From: an uncultured Verrucomicrobiae bacterium | GTDB taxonomy: Bacteria; Chlamydiota; Chlamydiia; Chlamydiales; Rhabdochlamydiaceae | NCBI GenBank assembly: GCA_963839895.1 | Contig: CAWIWQ010000001.1 | Coordinates: 626,724-690,723 of the forward strand | Direction of reading: 5' to 3' | Length of the DNA stretch: 64,000 nt | Shown: positions 50,420-60,479 of the stretch, piece by piece | Layout: every line of letters starts with the position of its first letter | Numbering within the stretch: the stretch's first letter is position 1 | Position numbers and translations under genes: made by a program | The notes under the pieces: generated by a model | What the model was told of the DNA's origin: nothing | Database searches by the model: none | Seen by the model: only the letters and a program-made list of their open reading frames with translations

Positions 50420-50998
50420 ATGTCATCTGTAGCATTGTTAGTCATTGATTTTATTAATGATATTGTTGATCCCAAAGGAAAAATTGGACATTCTGCCGAA
50501 CGAATCATCAAAAATCATGTAATAGAACATACGAATCAAGTGATTGACTATGGAAGAAAAAAAAACTGGCAGCTCATTTTTGTGAAAGTGGGATTTCATC
50601 CAGATTATCCTGAATGCCCAAAGGATTCGCCAATTTTTGGGGCTGCGCCTACTCACAAGGCTCTTCTTCTTGGCAGCTGGGGAACAGAATTTCATAAAAA
50701 TTTGGCTATTGAAGATACCGATCTTGTAATCGTAAAACATCGAATCAACTGCTTTTATGCAACTCCGCTGGAAGCAATTTTACGAGCTCAAAAAATAGAT
50801 GCCTTAGTGCTAACAGGTGTGGCCACTCATATGGCCATTGAACATGCAACGAGAGCGGCCCATGATCTTGATTATTCTGTGAAAGTCATTCAAGATGCTT
50901 GTGAAGCAGGAACCGAAGAACTTCATAACAATGCCCTGGGGAGCATTAAGAATTTCGCAAAAGTAATGACTACCAAGGAGTTGTTGCATCAAGGATGA
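50420..50998 (+). CDS. Isochorismatase-family cysteine hydrolase
   Basis: LLVIDFIND, VKHRINCF, LTGVATHMAI, DAC; position of the usual catalytic Cys appears substituted. Confidence 0.82.
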   Translation: MSSVALLVIDFINDIVDPKGKIGHSAERIIKNHVIEHTNQVIDYGRKKNWQLIFVKVGFHPDYPECPKDSPIFGAAPTHKALLLGSWGTEFHKNLAIEDTDLVIVKHRINCFYATPLEAILRAQKIDALVLTGVATHMAIEHATRAAHDLDYSVKVIQDACEAGTEELHNNALGSIKNFAKVMTTKELLHQG

Positions 50999-51058
50999 GA
51001 TGCCATAGATTTCGAGTCCGTACTTTCTCAATGACACGTAAAACAGAATCAGTCATCG

Positions 51059-52009
51059 TTATTTCCGCATTATTTCTTTTTGTCCAAAATAAATAGCCAC
51101 GATTCCTCCAACAATCACGCAGACCATTCCAGCTAGTGTCATGATATCTAGAATTTTATGCCAGATCAGCCAATCTGCAATTACCCCAAAAATAATGCAA
51201 AGAAACATTAAAGGTGAAGTGATTCTTACTGGGGTTTTTGCATAAGATAGTGTGCTAAAAAATTGATAAGCTGCTCCAAAGAAGCCTACTCCAAGCAATA
51301 GAAAAAATGTGTAAGTATCAAACGATTGCCATCCGAAAGGTAAAAAAATCGCTGTGAGAACACTGCAAATAAAGAAATTATAAAACAATATTTGAGTGAT
51401 TGGAGTGGTTTTGGTTAGACCGCGGATGATTACAATTGCAATCGCAGCCAGAATACCTGAAGCCAAACCAAAGATTGAGGCGATTTGAAAAAGGCCCGGC
51501 GCCGGTTTTAAAACAAGTCCCACTCCAATAAAGCCCAAGACAATACCCAACCAAACTTTATGAGGAGTGTGATGCCTTCCCATAAACCATGCAACAATGG
51601 GGATAAATAAAGGAAAGGTGTTATTCAGCAATAGAGCGCTAGAGAGTGGAATAAATTTCAAAGCATAAAAGAAGGAGGCAACAGCGAATAAAGTAAAAAG
51701 GCTGCGAGTAACAATCGTTACTGGCTTCGCGAGATGCAAAGCCTCTTTGGGGTTTTTGATAACCCAAGGCATTAATAAAATCAGGCTTATAAAAAATCTT
51801 GCGAATAAAATCATGTCAGTTGAGGCCTTGTCACCGATGATCTTCCCGAATAGGCTCATCGAAGTGAAACTGACAGCGGCAAGAATAACAAAAATCACGC
51901 CCTTTCCAATATGCTGTTCATGTACATGTAAGGACGGGTTTGTTTTCTCAGATTTTGTCACGGTAAACCAAATAGTTCTTTGTCTCATTTCTGTAACCTG
52001 TTTTTTCAT
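51059..52009 (-). CDS. DMT/EamA family transporter
   Basis: About 10 TM, two EamA repeats; exact start uncertain. Confidence 0.85.
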   Translation of the reverse strand: MKKQVTEMRQRTIWFTVTKSEKTNPSLHVHEQHIGKGVIFVILAAVSFTSMSLFGKIIGDKASTDMILFARFFISLILLMPWVIKNPKEALHLAKPVTIVTRSLFTLFAVASFFYALKFIPLSSALLLNNTFPLFIPIVAWFMGRHHTPHKVWLGIVLGFIGVGLVLKPAPGLFQIASIFGLASGILAAIAIVIIRGLTKTTPITQILFYNFFICSVLTAIFLPFGWQSFDTYTFFLLLGVGFFGAAYQFFSTLSYAKTPVRITSPLMFLCIIFGVIADWLIWHKILDIMTLAGMVCVIVGGIVAIYFGQKEIMRK

Positions 52010-52029
52010 TTTCTACAAGATGTAGAAGG

Positions 52030-52580
52030 CGACTGGTTGTTAATGATGTCGGATAACACATGTTTTACGAAGCCTTGGCAACTCTATGTTTTTCCAGAAA
52101 ATGGCGAATTTGATTACCGCGCTTATACCTTCTGCGCATTGGAAGAACTACATATAGCTCTCCGAAGACGGGATGTATTTATCGCTCCAAGCTGGCGCTA
52201 CTCTGATCCTCGTGCAGGATTACTCGCAAACAAAGAATGGGAATCAACCAAGCCAATCATTTGTCGTACGCTCGATCTGTCAGATGATCCCCAACCAGTT
52301 TTAGTGGCATTAGCAGAGGAACTAGATCAAACCTATAAGTCTGTACTGGCTCGTCTACCCGATAATCCGGCGATTCGATTTGAGACTATAAAGGGGAAAT
52401 CTGAATTCATCTTAACCCCTCTCGATCGGCTGGAGGAATCGGCCTCTCTTAAAGCTTTAAGACATTCTGTGATGATGAGATTGCCCCGCATTGATTTGCC
52501 AGAGATTCTGCTGGAGATCGCGGCTCGTACAAAATTTACCGACGCCTTTACCCATGTTACGGAGCGATCGGCTCGCGCAG
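52030..52580 (+). pseudogene. Internal fragment of a Tn3-family transposase
   Basis: RAYTFCALEELHIALRRRDVFIAPSWRYSDPR, LPRIDLPEILLEIAARTKFTDAF; no DDE C-terminal part. Confidence 0.8.
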
Positions 52581-52748
52581 AGGTCAAAGATGGGACAGCC
52601 AATGTACAAAAAGATAGGATTCAAGCTTATGCAAACGATACGGGAGTACTCTTGCGCGCATCCATAAAAAATCTTGTTCTCATAGGGATGTTATGAAGAA
52701 TCATTACAAGGGAAAAGGGTGAGTGAGACAGCAGGGAACGGAAAGGGC

Positions 52749-53927
52749 CTACTGCTGCATGAGTTTATCAAGCTCTGGCTTGACCATCTCGCATCCAGAG
52801 TAGTTAGACAATACCACTGCGGTAATGGGTGGATTCGTCTGCCAAGTGTGAAGAAAGGAAGACATCCCCGGACCGCCGCCTGGATGGCCATATCCTGCTA
52901 CGGCACCAGTTTCTTTGTCGTGATCTACCCAAAAACCCAATCGTCCTTTATATTCCATCATCGTATTGAATGAATCTTCCCTAACAAGCACGTTATGCTG
53001 GTGAACCGCTCGTCTAAAAGCCAGTAAATCGCTTGCTGTCATACGCCAGCAACCATTGCCATGTGGATATGGGTCTGGAGATTCAACGCGCGTGGCAACG
53101 CCTTCCTTAGATACTTCGAAGCAGTCGGTCCGATGTCTTGCAGGAGAGTGAATCTCACGAATAGCCCCTTCCATACCGGCTGGTTTGAAAATCCTTTCTT
53201 CGATGTGAGAACGAAACCTTGCTTCATGATCTATGACGAGCATATTGCCACAGTTTGTATACTTGCCGATGATTCTAGCCAGTAATTGATAGCCATAATT
53301 GGAATAACAGTCTTTGCCGATTTGCCTGCGATCCCAGCTCTCTCCAGGCGCTATGCCATCCTTTTCCGATCCTGGCCTTTCAGTGAAGCCCGCTGTGTGT
53401 GATAAAAGATGCTCAACCGTGATTTCACCTAAATGCTCTTTAAGGCGCTGCAACGATTGCTGATCTGGCTTCTGTTCTAAATATGGAGGTTGAAGGAGGA
53501 GATCCAGCTCATCGTCTTGAAGCAACTCACTCAAAGGAGTATTCAGCGAAAATTTTCCATCTTCGATTAGTTGCATCACTGCGGTTGCTGTAAACAATTT
53601 CCCAATAGAAAGCACATTGAAAGTCTGATCAGCTGTAAATTCTGGTTGATTAGGGCAGTGACAGGCTTGCACAATGAACCCGTCTCCTGCTTGGAGGGCA
53701 ACCACCCCTGAGAAAGGAAATGGCACCATTTTCGGCAAATTCTGAGCGAGATAGATCAACCGCCCTTCAAGTGAAAGGTGTCGCGATTCAAACTTTGCCA
53801 CTTCAAAAGCGTGACTAACGGCCCTATCAGCAGCAGCTTCTAAATGCGCTTTGAGAGAGACATGCGGCAACGTGGGATCGTAAGGGACAAGCGCTGTTGA
53901 AACAGAAGATACCGGGTGAGATGTCAT
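52749..53927 (-). CDS. Serine hydrolase (beta-lactamase/AmpC-like fold) with N-terminal extension
   Basis: SIGK (SxxK), LLSHTAG, YSNYGY (YxN), GHPG. Confidence 0.85.
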   Translation of the reverse strand: MTSHPVSSVSTALVPYDPTLPHVSLKAHLEAAADRAVSHAFEVAKFESRHLSLEGRLIYLAQNLPKMVPFPFSGVVALQAGDGFIVQACHCPNQPEFTADQTFNVLSIGKLFTATAVMQLIEDGKFSLNTPLSELLQDDELDLLLQPPYLEQKPDQQSLQRLKEHLGEITVEHLLSHTAGFTERPGSEKDGIAPGESWDRRQIGKDCYSNYGYQLLARIIGKYTNCGNMLVIDHEARFRSHIEERIFKPAGMEGAIREIHSPARHRTDCFEVSKEGVATRVESPDPYPHGNGCWRMTASDLLAFRRAVHQHNVLVREDSFNTMMEYKGRLGFWVDHDKETGAVAGYGHPGGGPGMSSFLHTWQTNPPITAVVLSNYSGCEMVKPELDKLMQQ

Positions 53928-53949
53928 TCAACTCCTAAATTTGATTTTT

Positions 53950-55170
53950 TTATCTCGAATAAATCTCGTGAAACATTGTATCGACAATACCAGCATTTTT
54001 CACGAATTGAACAAGATCTTCATGAATCGCTTCTACAGGTATATTAAATGTAGGTGGCTTGCCAGACACGAAACACTCTAATTTAGCACGACAGCCGTCT
54101 TCGAGCACCTCTTTGAATGAGAGTGTAACAGTTCTTCCTGGTTCGGTTTTAATAGTATCATTCTTGAAAGTATATGTTGCTTGGAGTGGAGAGACCCAAA
54201 TAGTCCTACTGCTGCGCCCAGTTTTCGTTCCGTCCAGATAATAAACAGAGATAGGGATGGCTGGGTTTGCCCGACGAAACGGAGCTTCCATCATAAAATG
54301 TTTCGCTACAAGATCGTCTCCATTAGCAATATTGGTACAATATTCAAACTCTTCATCGTCATTCTCTTGGAAAATTGGCGTTTGAGATCCTGGTTTTGCG
54401 GCAGTGAATGTTTGACCATGAATTGTGACTGGCTTACCAAATGGCACTGGAAAAATACGATACTCGGGGTGGCTTCTTGGGTCGAGCAGCACATATCCAT
54501 CAGTACATTCAACAATTACCGTAGCATGTTCGAAAGCATCTTTGCCCTGTTTTCGTTGCACTGCAAACATCCCTTCAATGCGATGCCGATCCGACAATTG
54601 CTTTAATAGTGCATGGCTCATTCCAATACAGGTCGAGCCTGTTTCTTCTTCGTTTCTAGAATCAATCCTAGTTTCTAGGAAATTCCTTCCGTCTGAAATT
54701 TGTTTTGCCGTTTTGTTAAATGGCGCTAAACTATTATAGTTAATGTTGTTGATAGTCGTCTCAACAGTTTTTCTAACCGTGCAAGGTTCATCTTCACGGA
54801 CTCCATCGAGCAAGTCTTCCATAGTGCCCGGAAATCGGGCTGGTAATCCGGGACCAATTTGTGGAGAAGGGACTGCCCCTGCTAAGATCAAAGATCTTAC
54901 TGTAGGCGACTGCGGCCCCCGTTCAGTTTGTTGTAACCAGTCACCAGATGCCGTGCGGAGTAATTCTTGATCACTTCCAGACCAAGGGTCCTCATAAGAC
55001 CACATATACACAGGACATAAACGGGCATCCGCCATTTGCGTTTTAAACGACCGTTCCATAAAGACATTCTGCATCCTTTCTTTGTAGGCGCTGACTTGCG
55101 CAATGGGATGCTGTGGCGGTGTATAAACAACGAGAGCTGTGGATGTTACTGGATCTGAAAAAGATGTCAT
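53950..55170 (-). CDS. Hypothetical protein with transglutaminase/papain-like C-H-D triad candidate
   Basis: GSTCIGMS .. FEHATVIV .. YVLLDP. Confidence 0.55.
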   Translation of the reverse strand: MTSFSDPVTSTALVVYTPPQHPIAQVSAYKERMQNVFMERSFKTQMADARLCPVYMWSYEDPWSGSDQELLRTASGDWLQQTERGPQSPTVRSLILAGAVPSPQIGPGLPARFPGTMEDLLDGVREDEPCTVRKTVETTINNINYNSLAPFNKTAKQISDGRNFLETRIDSRNEEETGSTCIGMSHALLKQLSDRHRIEGMFAVQRKQGKDAFEHATVIVECTDGYVLLDPRSHPEYRIFPVPFGKPVTIHGQTFTAAKPGSQTPIFQENDDEEFEYCTNIANGDDLVAKHFMMEAPFRRANPAIPISVYYLDGTKTGRSSRTIWVSPLQATYTFKNDTIKTEPGRTVTLSFKEVLEDGCRAKLECFVSGKPPTFNIPVEAIHEDLVQFVKNAGIVDTMFHEIYSR

Positions 55171-55323
55171 AATAATCTAGTAATTCCAAATTTAAAAAAG
55201 TTTAAATAAAACTATTCCATTCTATGTTAATTATAACGCCTTAATAGTTAGTTGTCAATGTAATAATTTTAATTTTAAACTTATAACATTTTGATTATAA
55301 GCGAGATAGGTTTTTTGCCGACG

Positions 55324-55884
55324 TCAAATAGGGTGATTCGAACAGTACTTTTTCATGAAAAGGCCGCTTGCCGCGAGGAAAACGCTCCCTATGAAGACCA
55401 AGGTATGAACTCCAAATATCGGGACCAATTGAGCGGAAAATCCGGCAACAGCCCAAGCAATAGCCATGATCGCAACGGAAATTCCCATAACCCATCCCTG
55501 GGCTCTCTCATCTGCGGCATTGGAAAAAGAAGTGAACATCCCAGAAAAGGCGATTTCAACAGCGATGGCAAAGGGGAAGGCGAGGAGCCATATCAATGTT
55601 TGGGCATGCAAAATCGATGAGAAAAACTGGGCCAGAAAGGTCGTAAAGAGTGAGATGCAAACGATCTGTTCGATCTTGAAGCGTTTGAGCATTTTCGGAA
55701 GAACTAATAGCAATCCTAAAGCAAATCCAGCACCCATATACCCATTGAAAAGGCCAAGAAAAAGTGGTGTGTAGCCAAATTCAGTGGTCAAAAGAATCAA
55801 GATGATTGGAAGGTATAGCCCGACCCCAATCTGCATCAGTAGGAAAACAAAGCCCAGTTCTAAAGAGAAACTGAAGGCAGAGCG
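55324..55884 (-). pseudogene. C-terminal half of an MFS transporter (5' part missing)
   Basis: About 6 TM, SFSNAADERAQGWVMG; frame closed by stops near 55890 with no N-terminal half. Confidence 0.65.
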
Positions 55885-57649
55885 GTTTCAATCTCAAGTC
55901 CAGTTAGAAAGTATCAAAAAGATTAAACGCGTCTTCATGATTACTGCTGAATTTCCTGCAGTCATCAAAGCAGGAGGATTAGCAGAAGCTGTCTATGGTA
56001 TGGCAAACGGTCTCATCCAGAAAGGCCACCAGGTTACCGTCATCATGCCGTATTACAACACCGTTTCAGAAAAGAGCGATCTAAATGTAAAAGTGACGCC
56101 GATGCAAGTGACACATTATTTTGAGGGCATGAAAACTGATCGCATATTTACGGGTCATTTCAAAGGAATTAACCTTTTATTTATTCAGGATTCTCCCAAA
56201 ATAGGTGATTGGACAAATCATTTTGCTTTAACAGATCATAAACTTTATGCAATCCCAAATGATGAGAATGATAAAAAACTCAAAGAGCGTTTTGCTTATT
56301 TTGGAAGTGCAGCATCTGAATTAATCTATCAACTGAAAGAGCAAATGGATTTGGTTCTTATCCATGATTGGCATGGAGCAGTTGCTGTTCCCCTTTTAGC
56401 CCGTCGTCACACAACAGAGTGGTTGAATGGACAAATCTCCCCTCTTGTCTACATCATTCATAACAATGGATACTCTTCTCAAGGGAACCTAGATCGTTGG
56501 AATAACCAAGGGTTGTTAAATGCATTGGGCCTTCCTTTTGAAGGGATAAATCAAACTGCAGCCTGTTTAAAAATGGCAGATAAAGTGTGTACAGTCTCTT
56601 TACAGTATGCAGTAGAGGTCCTAGGTCGCGAAGCCAACGGCTTACAGCATGAGATCCAGCGAGCAGCTCAACTGGGTAAATTGACAGGGATTACTAATGG
56701 AAGCAATCTTGCCACTTGCAATCCTCAAACAGAGCCCTGCTTAATAAATTGGATCGATCCTTTCACTGGGGCTCCAACGCCTTTGAATTTTTCAGCTGAA
56801 GATAACCCTCAAGAGAAAAAAGAATTATGTAAATCCCAGCTGCAAAAATGGCTGATTACGTACCATCCTGAACTTGTGGCTCGATTCGGAATTGATGTCA
56901 GAAAGGAAAATGTCATCTTGACTTTGACCCGTTTTGATGTCTCTCAAAAAGGGATCGATAAACTTCATTTACTCATCAAAGTAGCCTATGAAAAGGGAGC
57001 TGCGGTCATTATCATGGGAACAGGAGGAGATGACAGTAGAACTTCCGAAATTCTCGACGATCTTGAAAGAATGGCAGAAAAAATGAAAGACCCGACTAAG
57101 TGGGGAGGGGCCTTAATTCTCCGCGACAAGATGAATAAACTGGGTAAACTCAACTTTCAACAAGGTTCTGAAGACGGAATACCAGGTATCGGAGCTGTTG
57201 TAAGAGCTGTTCCCAACTATATGTTTATCCCTTCCATTTATGAACCTTGCGGAAGCACTCAATTAGAAGGCAACAGATATGCTTCACTATCCATCGGTTC
57301 GGCAGTCGGCGGATTAGTAGATACGGTTTCTAACGACGAAGAAGATTTGACGACATTCAATGGATTTTTATTTGATCGCCATCCTCAATGGGGATCTTCA
57401 GAGCAAGATCGCTCGATCACACAAACTTTGAATCATGCTTGTGATTTTTGGAATGGCCTCGATAAAGAGCAAAAAAATGCTTTTATGAAGAAGGTCATGA
57501 TCGATTCAGAAAAAACAGGTTGGAATCAAAGTCAAGTGGGCCTTTCCCCTATTGAAAAATACGAACTCGTTGCATTAGCCGCCTTAGAGGCGAAAGAGCA
57601 AAGAGGTGTTCAAAATCGACTTAACCCTCTACTTTTAAATTTGGGATAA
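55784..57649 (+). CDS. glgA: Glycogen/starch synthase (GT5), divergent; true start uncertain
   Basis: MITAEFPAVIKAGGLAE, HDWH, IHN, GITNG, PSIYEPCG, GGLVDTV. Confidence 0.8.
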   Translation: MVKRIKMIGRYSPTPICISRKTKPSSKEKLKAERFQSQVQLESIKKIKRVFMITAEFPAVIKAGGLAEAVYGMANGLIQKGHQVTVIMPYYNTVSEKSDLNVKVTPMQVTHYFEGMKTDRIFTGHFKGINLLFIQDSPKIGDWTNHFALTDHKLYAIPNDENDKKLKERFAYFGSAASELIYQLKEQMDLVLIHDWHGAVAVPLLARRHTTEWLNGQISPLVYIIHNNGYSSQGNLDRWNNQGLLNALGLPFEGINQTAACLKMADKVCTVSLQYAVEVLGREANGLQHEIQRAAQLGKLTGITNGSNLATCNPQTEPCLINWIDPFTGAPTPLNFSAEDNPQEKKELCKSQLQKWLITYHPELVARFGIDVRKENVILTLTRFDVSQKGIDKLHLLIKVAYEKGAAVIIMGTGGDDSRTSEILDDLERMAEKMKDPTKWGGALILRDKMNKLGKLNFQQGSEDGIPGIGAVVRAVPNYMFIPSIYEPCGSTQLEGNRYASLSIGSAVGGLVDTVSNDEEDLTTFNGFLFDRHPQWGSSEQDRSITQTLNHACDFWNGLDKEQKNAFMKKVMIDSEKTGWNQSQVGLSPIEKYELVALAALEAKEQRGVQNRLNPLLLNLG

Positions 57650-57901
57650 ACATGCCTATCGACTTTTTTTACGACGGGCAAATGTTCTTTTTTTTGGATG
57701 GTTTGATAGGTACCAATTCCCAAGGGTTATGATGGCCAGCTCATTCCTGGAATCCCCGTAGTGGGTAGAGTTCTAACTCGGAGATTTCAGGCAGAGCCTT
57801 AAACAGACTATAAGTCGTTAAAAATTAATAATCTAATATTTTTAATATAATTAAATTACTATTTAATTTATAATAATTGATTAATTAAAACGAGAGTTAA
57901 C

Positions 57902-58825
57902 ATGGCTGTCACGTTTAATATTAAAAGTGAAATTAATTGCACGCAATACGATCGTAAAACAACCATCCCTGTGATGAAGGAACAGAAAAGCGATCTTTTA
58001 TCACAACTGGATGAGTTAAATAAAAAGGAACAAGAATTATTGAAATCTCTGAGAGAAGTCGAAGAGAAAAAGAAACAGATTCAAGCACAGCTCGCCCAAT
58101 TTGAGTCTCCCGAGAAATCTGAACTTCACGAACCGATCCAGGCACAAAAAAAAGTTGAAGAGTTTATTAAGCCCTATTTACTTGTCGACACAACAAAAAT
58201 CATGAAATCAAAAGACAGTAAGGGAATTTGGGAACACTACAGCCTTTGCTTGGTTTCCACAGAAAGTGAAAAAAACGAAATTCACAAACCCCCTATCAAT
58301 GTAAAAAAATATGGAAGCATCAGCCAAGTCGTCATCGATGATGGAACAAATAAAACTGTATTAAAAGCAGACGAATCATATCACATTCAGAGATTGATCC
58401 ATTATTTTTCGACTGATTTTGAAATTTTCCGTAAAGAGATAAATGCCGAAACTGTAGATCATAACGGATATTACAGTAACAATCGCTTTACTTTCGATTG
58501 TCAACGGTTTTCCTACTATTTACAGCATGGAAAAGAAGGCACATATACTTATAAATGGGGTGAACGCGCAGTAGACAACTACAGAGAAGCTAAGCACACA
58601 CCTGGTAGTTTTTATTCAATGACAGGGCAAACGCCTAATTTTGGGGAAAACGGAAAGTATCATCCAGAGGATTTTTGCGTTCATCATTATATGTGTTTAA
58701 CCAAAGATATATTTGTGTCTAAGTTTGGAAGAGACGAAGTTGTGTTTTCTTCATTTCAACAGATTCTAGATGCTTACTTTCCTTCTAAATTCACTCAAGG
58801 TAATTTTTCCCAAGAATACTACTAA
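57902..58825 (+). CDS. Coiled-coil plus putative papain/NlpC-like domain hypothetical protein
   Basis: N-terminal heptad-rich region; FDCQRF .. VHHY .. FVSKFG. Confidence 0.55.
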   Translation: MAVTFNIKSEINCTQYDRKTTIPVMKEQKSDLLSQLDELNKKEQELLKSLREVEEKKKQIQAQLAQFESPEKSELHEPIQAQKKVEEFIKPYLLVDTTKIMKSKDSKGIWEHYSLCLVSTESEKNEIHKPPINVKKYGSISQVVIDDGTNKTVLKADESYHIQRLIHYFSTDFEIFRKEINAETVDHNGYYSNNRFTFDCQRFSYYLQHGKEGTYTYKWGERAVDNYREAKHTPGSFYSMTGQTPNFGENGKYHPEDFCVHHYMCLTKDIFVSKFGRDEVVFSSFQQILDAYFPSKFTQGNFSQEYY

Positions 58826-58829
58826 ATGG

Positions 58830-58858
58830 AGCGGCAGTCGGATTTGAACGATTATGAT
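58830..58858 (-). repeat. att-like partial copy of tRNA-Met 3' end
   Basis: AGCGGCAGTCGGATTTGAAC (20 bp identical to 63021-63040) then GATTATGAT after an internal deletion. Confidence 0.75.
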
Positions 58859-58965
58859 CGAGGAAGTTTTCCTTTTAATCAACTCATTCCTGAAATCCCC
58901 GTAAGTATAGGAGATTCCAGGCAGAGCATTAGCTGAGGAAGAATTGGGCTTCTTCGCTGCGACGG

Positions 58966-59226
58966 TTATTCGTCAGTAAAGCCTTTGAAACCCCAGCCCT
59001 GAACAACGGCATTAATCATTTTTTTAAAAAATCCTACTATGTAGCCAACATCAAGAGTGCATACACGAGAAGCTAATCCTTTAGGTTTAGGGCGAGGACC
59101 TCCCCAATACTGCGCAAAAAGTGGTTCTTTTTCGGTCTTTTTAGATGTTTTTCCTAGATTAGGAAACATTTTATCTGCAAACGCGCGGTCACTAGCCGAG
59201 GCACCGCTGGATCTAAATATACTCAT
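58966..59226 (-). CDS. Small hypothetical protein
   Basis: 86-aa ORF. Confidence 0.45.
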   Translation of the reverse strand: MSIFRSSGASASDRAFADKMFPNLGKTSKKTEKEPLFAQYWGGPRPKPKGLASRVCTLDVGYIVGFFKKMINAVVQGWGFKGFTDE

Positions 59227-59396
59227 ATATTATCCTTTTTTTATAATAATCAATTAGGTGACATGTTTAATTATTTTATAAAAATGATTATTAGCACATG
59301 ATTTTAAAAATTAAAGAAATAAACATAAATAACTGAATATTAGATATTTAGAATAATAAAGGATTTAGTCTTAAGTAAATAATTTTGAATAAGTTG

Positions 59397-59435
59397 AGGA
59401 TTAGAGGGATAGCCGTAGTCCGTTCGCGACACAAA
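59397..59435 (-). repeat. Degenerate att-like copy
   Basis: ATAGCCGTAGTCCGTTCGCGACACAA resembles ATAGCGGCAGTCCCGGTTCGCGACACAA at 62911. Confidence 0.55.
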
Positions 59436-59450
59436 AAGGTGACCGAAAAG

Positions 59451-59590
59451 GCCATTAAGGAAACATTGGCAGGCAAGGGTGTGAAAAGATTCAAAACTCT
59501 CCATGATTTGATTGATGCCCTGGAAGACTAATGCTCATCTCGTCCTTGCCAAACAATTTAAAAAAGACTATAAATTAGCTCAAAGCCGCA
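59451..59590 (+). pseudogene. Relic of DinJ/RelB-YafQ toxin-antitoxin pair
   Basis: AIKETLAGKGVKRFKTLHDLIDALED* joined by TAATG to a frameshifted ..AKQFKKDYKLA.. Confidence 0.6.
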
Positions 59591-59602
59591 TCAGGAAAAT
59601 CT

Positions 59603-60469
59603 ATGATCTTAAAAACGCTTTTTTCTCTAGTTATTTTCACATTGAATTTGACCTTTCTTTTTGCCGACCATACTCAAATATCCTCTTTCAAGGAAATAGA
59701 AGAAGAGTTGGAAAAGTCCGATGAGAAAACCCTTATTGTTTTCGATGTCGATGAAGTTCTAATAACGACTGAGGATCATTTTATTCATCCTTATGCAGAT
59801 AAAGTGTTTGTTCCTTTAGTCCAGCAGGCCATGGCAAAAGCCGCATCTGAAAAAGAAAAGAGAGAAATAGAAGAAAAGCTAAGCTTGAGCATGCTATTAC
59901 CGAAAAGAATACTCATTGAAGAAAATGCCCCAAACCTTATTAAAAATCTTCAGCAAAAAGGCATCAAGGTTATCGCTTTAACAAGCTGCCCAACAGGCTC
60001 CTTTGGTATTATTCCTAAAGTAGAACGCTGGCGCATTGAACATCTATATTCGTTAAACATTAGTTTTGCATCTTCTTTTCCCAAAATAGAGCGCTGTTTT
60101 ATCAATGACCTTGTAACTAGTGGAAAACCTTCTCCCCTATTCGAACAAGGCGTTCTATTTTCAAAAGGCTACAAGAAAGGTGACGTTCTTAGCGCTTTTT
60201 TTAAAGAGTGCAACTTTTATCCTAATAAAGTCATCTTTATCGATGATCTTAAGGAAAATTTAGATAGTGCTAAGACAGCATTACAACCTTTGAATATCGA
60301 ATTGAAAGGATACCAATATGCAGGAGCAAAAAGATTTTTCAAAGTGGTCGACGAAGAAGTTCTAAAATATCAATTCAACCATCTCATGCAAAAAAAAGAA
60401 TGGTTAAGTGATAAACAAGTTGAGAAATTACTTGAAGTAGGGAAAAGTGCAAGCGCCATTGATCATTAA
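59603..60469 (+). CDS. DUF2608-family HAD-like exported protein
   Basis: Signal peptide, IVFDVDEVL, ALTS, IFIDDLKEN. Confidence 0.78.
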   Translation: MILKTLFSLVIFTLNLTFLFADHTQISSFKEIEEELEKSDEKTLIVFDVDEVLITTEDHFIHPYADKVFVPLVQQAMAKAASEKEKREIEEKLSLSMLLPKRILIEENAPNLIKNLQQKGIKVIALTSCPTGSFGIIPKVERWRIEHLYSLNISFASSFPKIERCFINDLVTSGKPSPLFEQGVLFSKGYKKGDVLSAFFKECNFYPNKVIFIDDLKENLDSAKTALQPLNIELKGYQYAGAKRFFKVVDEEVLKYQFNHLMQKKEWLSDKQVEKLLEVGKSASAIDH

Positions 60470-60479
60470 CCAAAATTCG

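Noticed and set aside
55897-55905. AAGTCCAGT at the MFS/glgA junction equals the IS repeat terminus
   Set aside because: A 9-mer match is expected by chance in 64 kb on two strands
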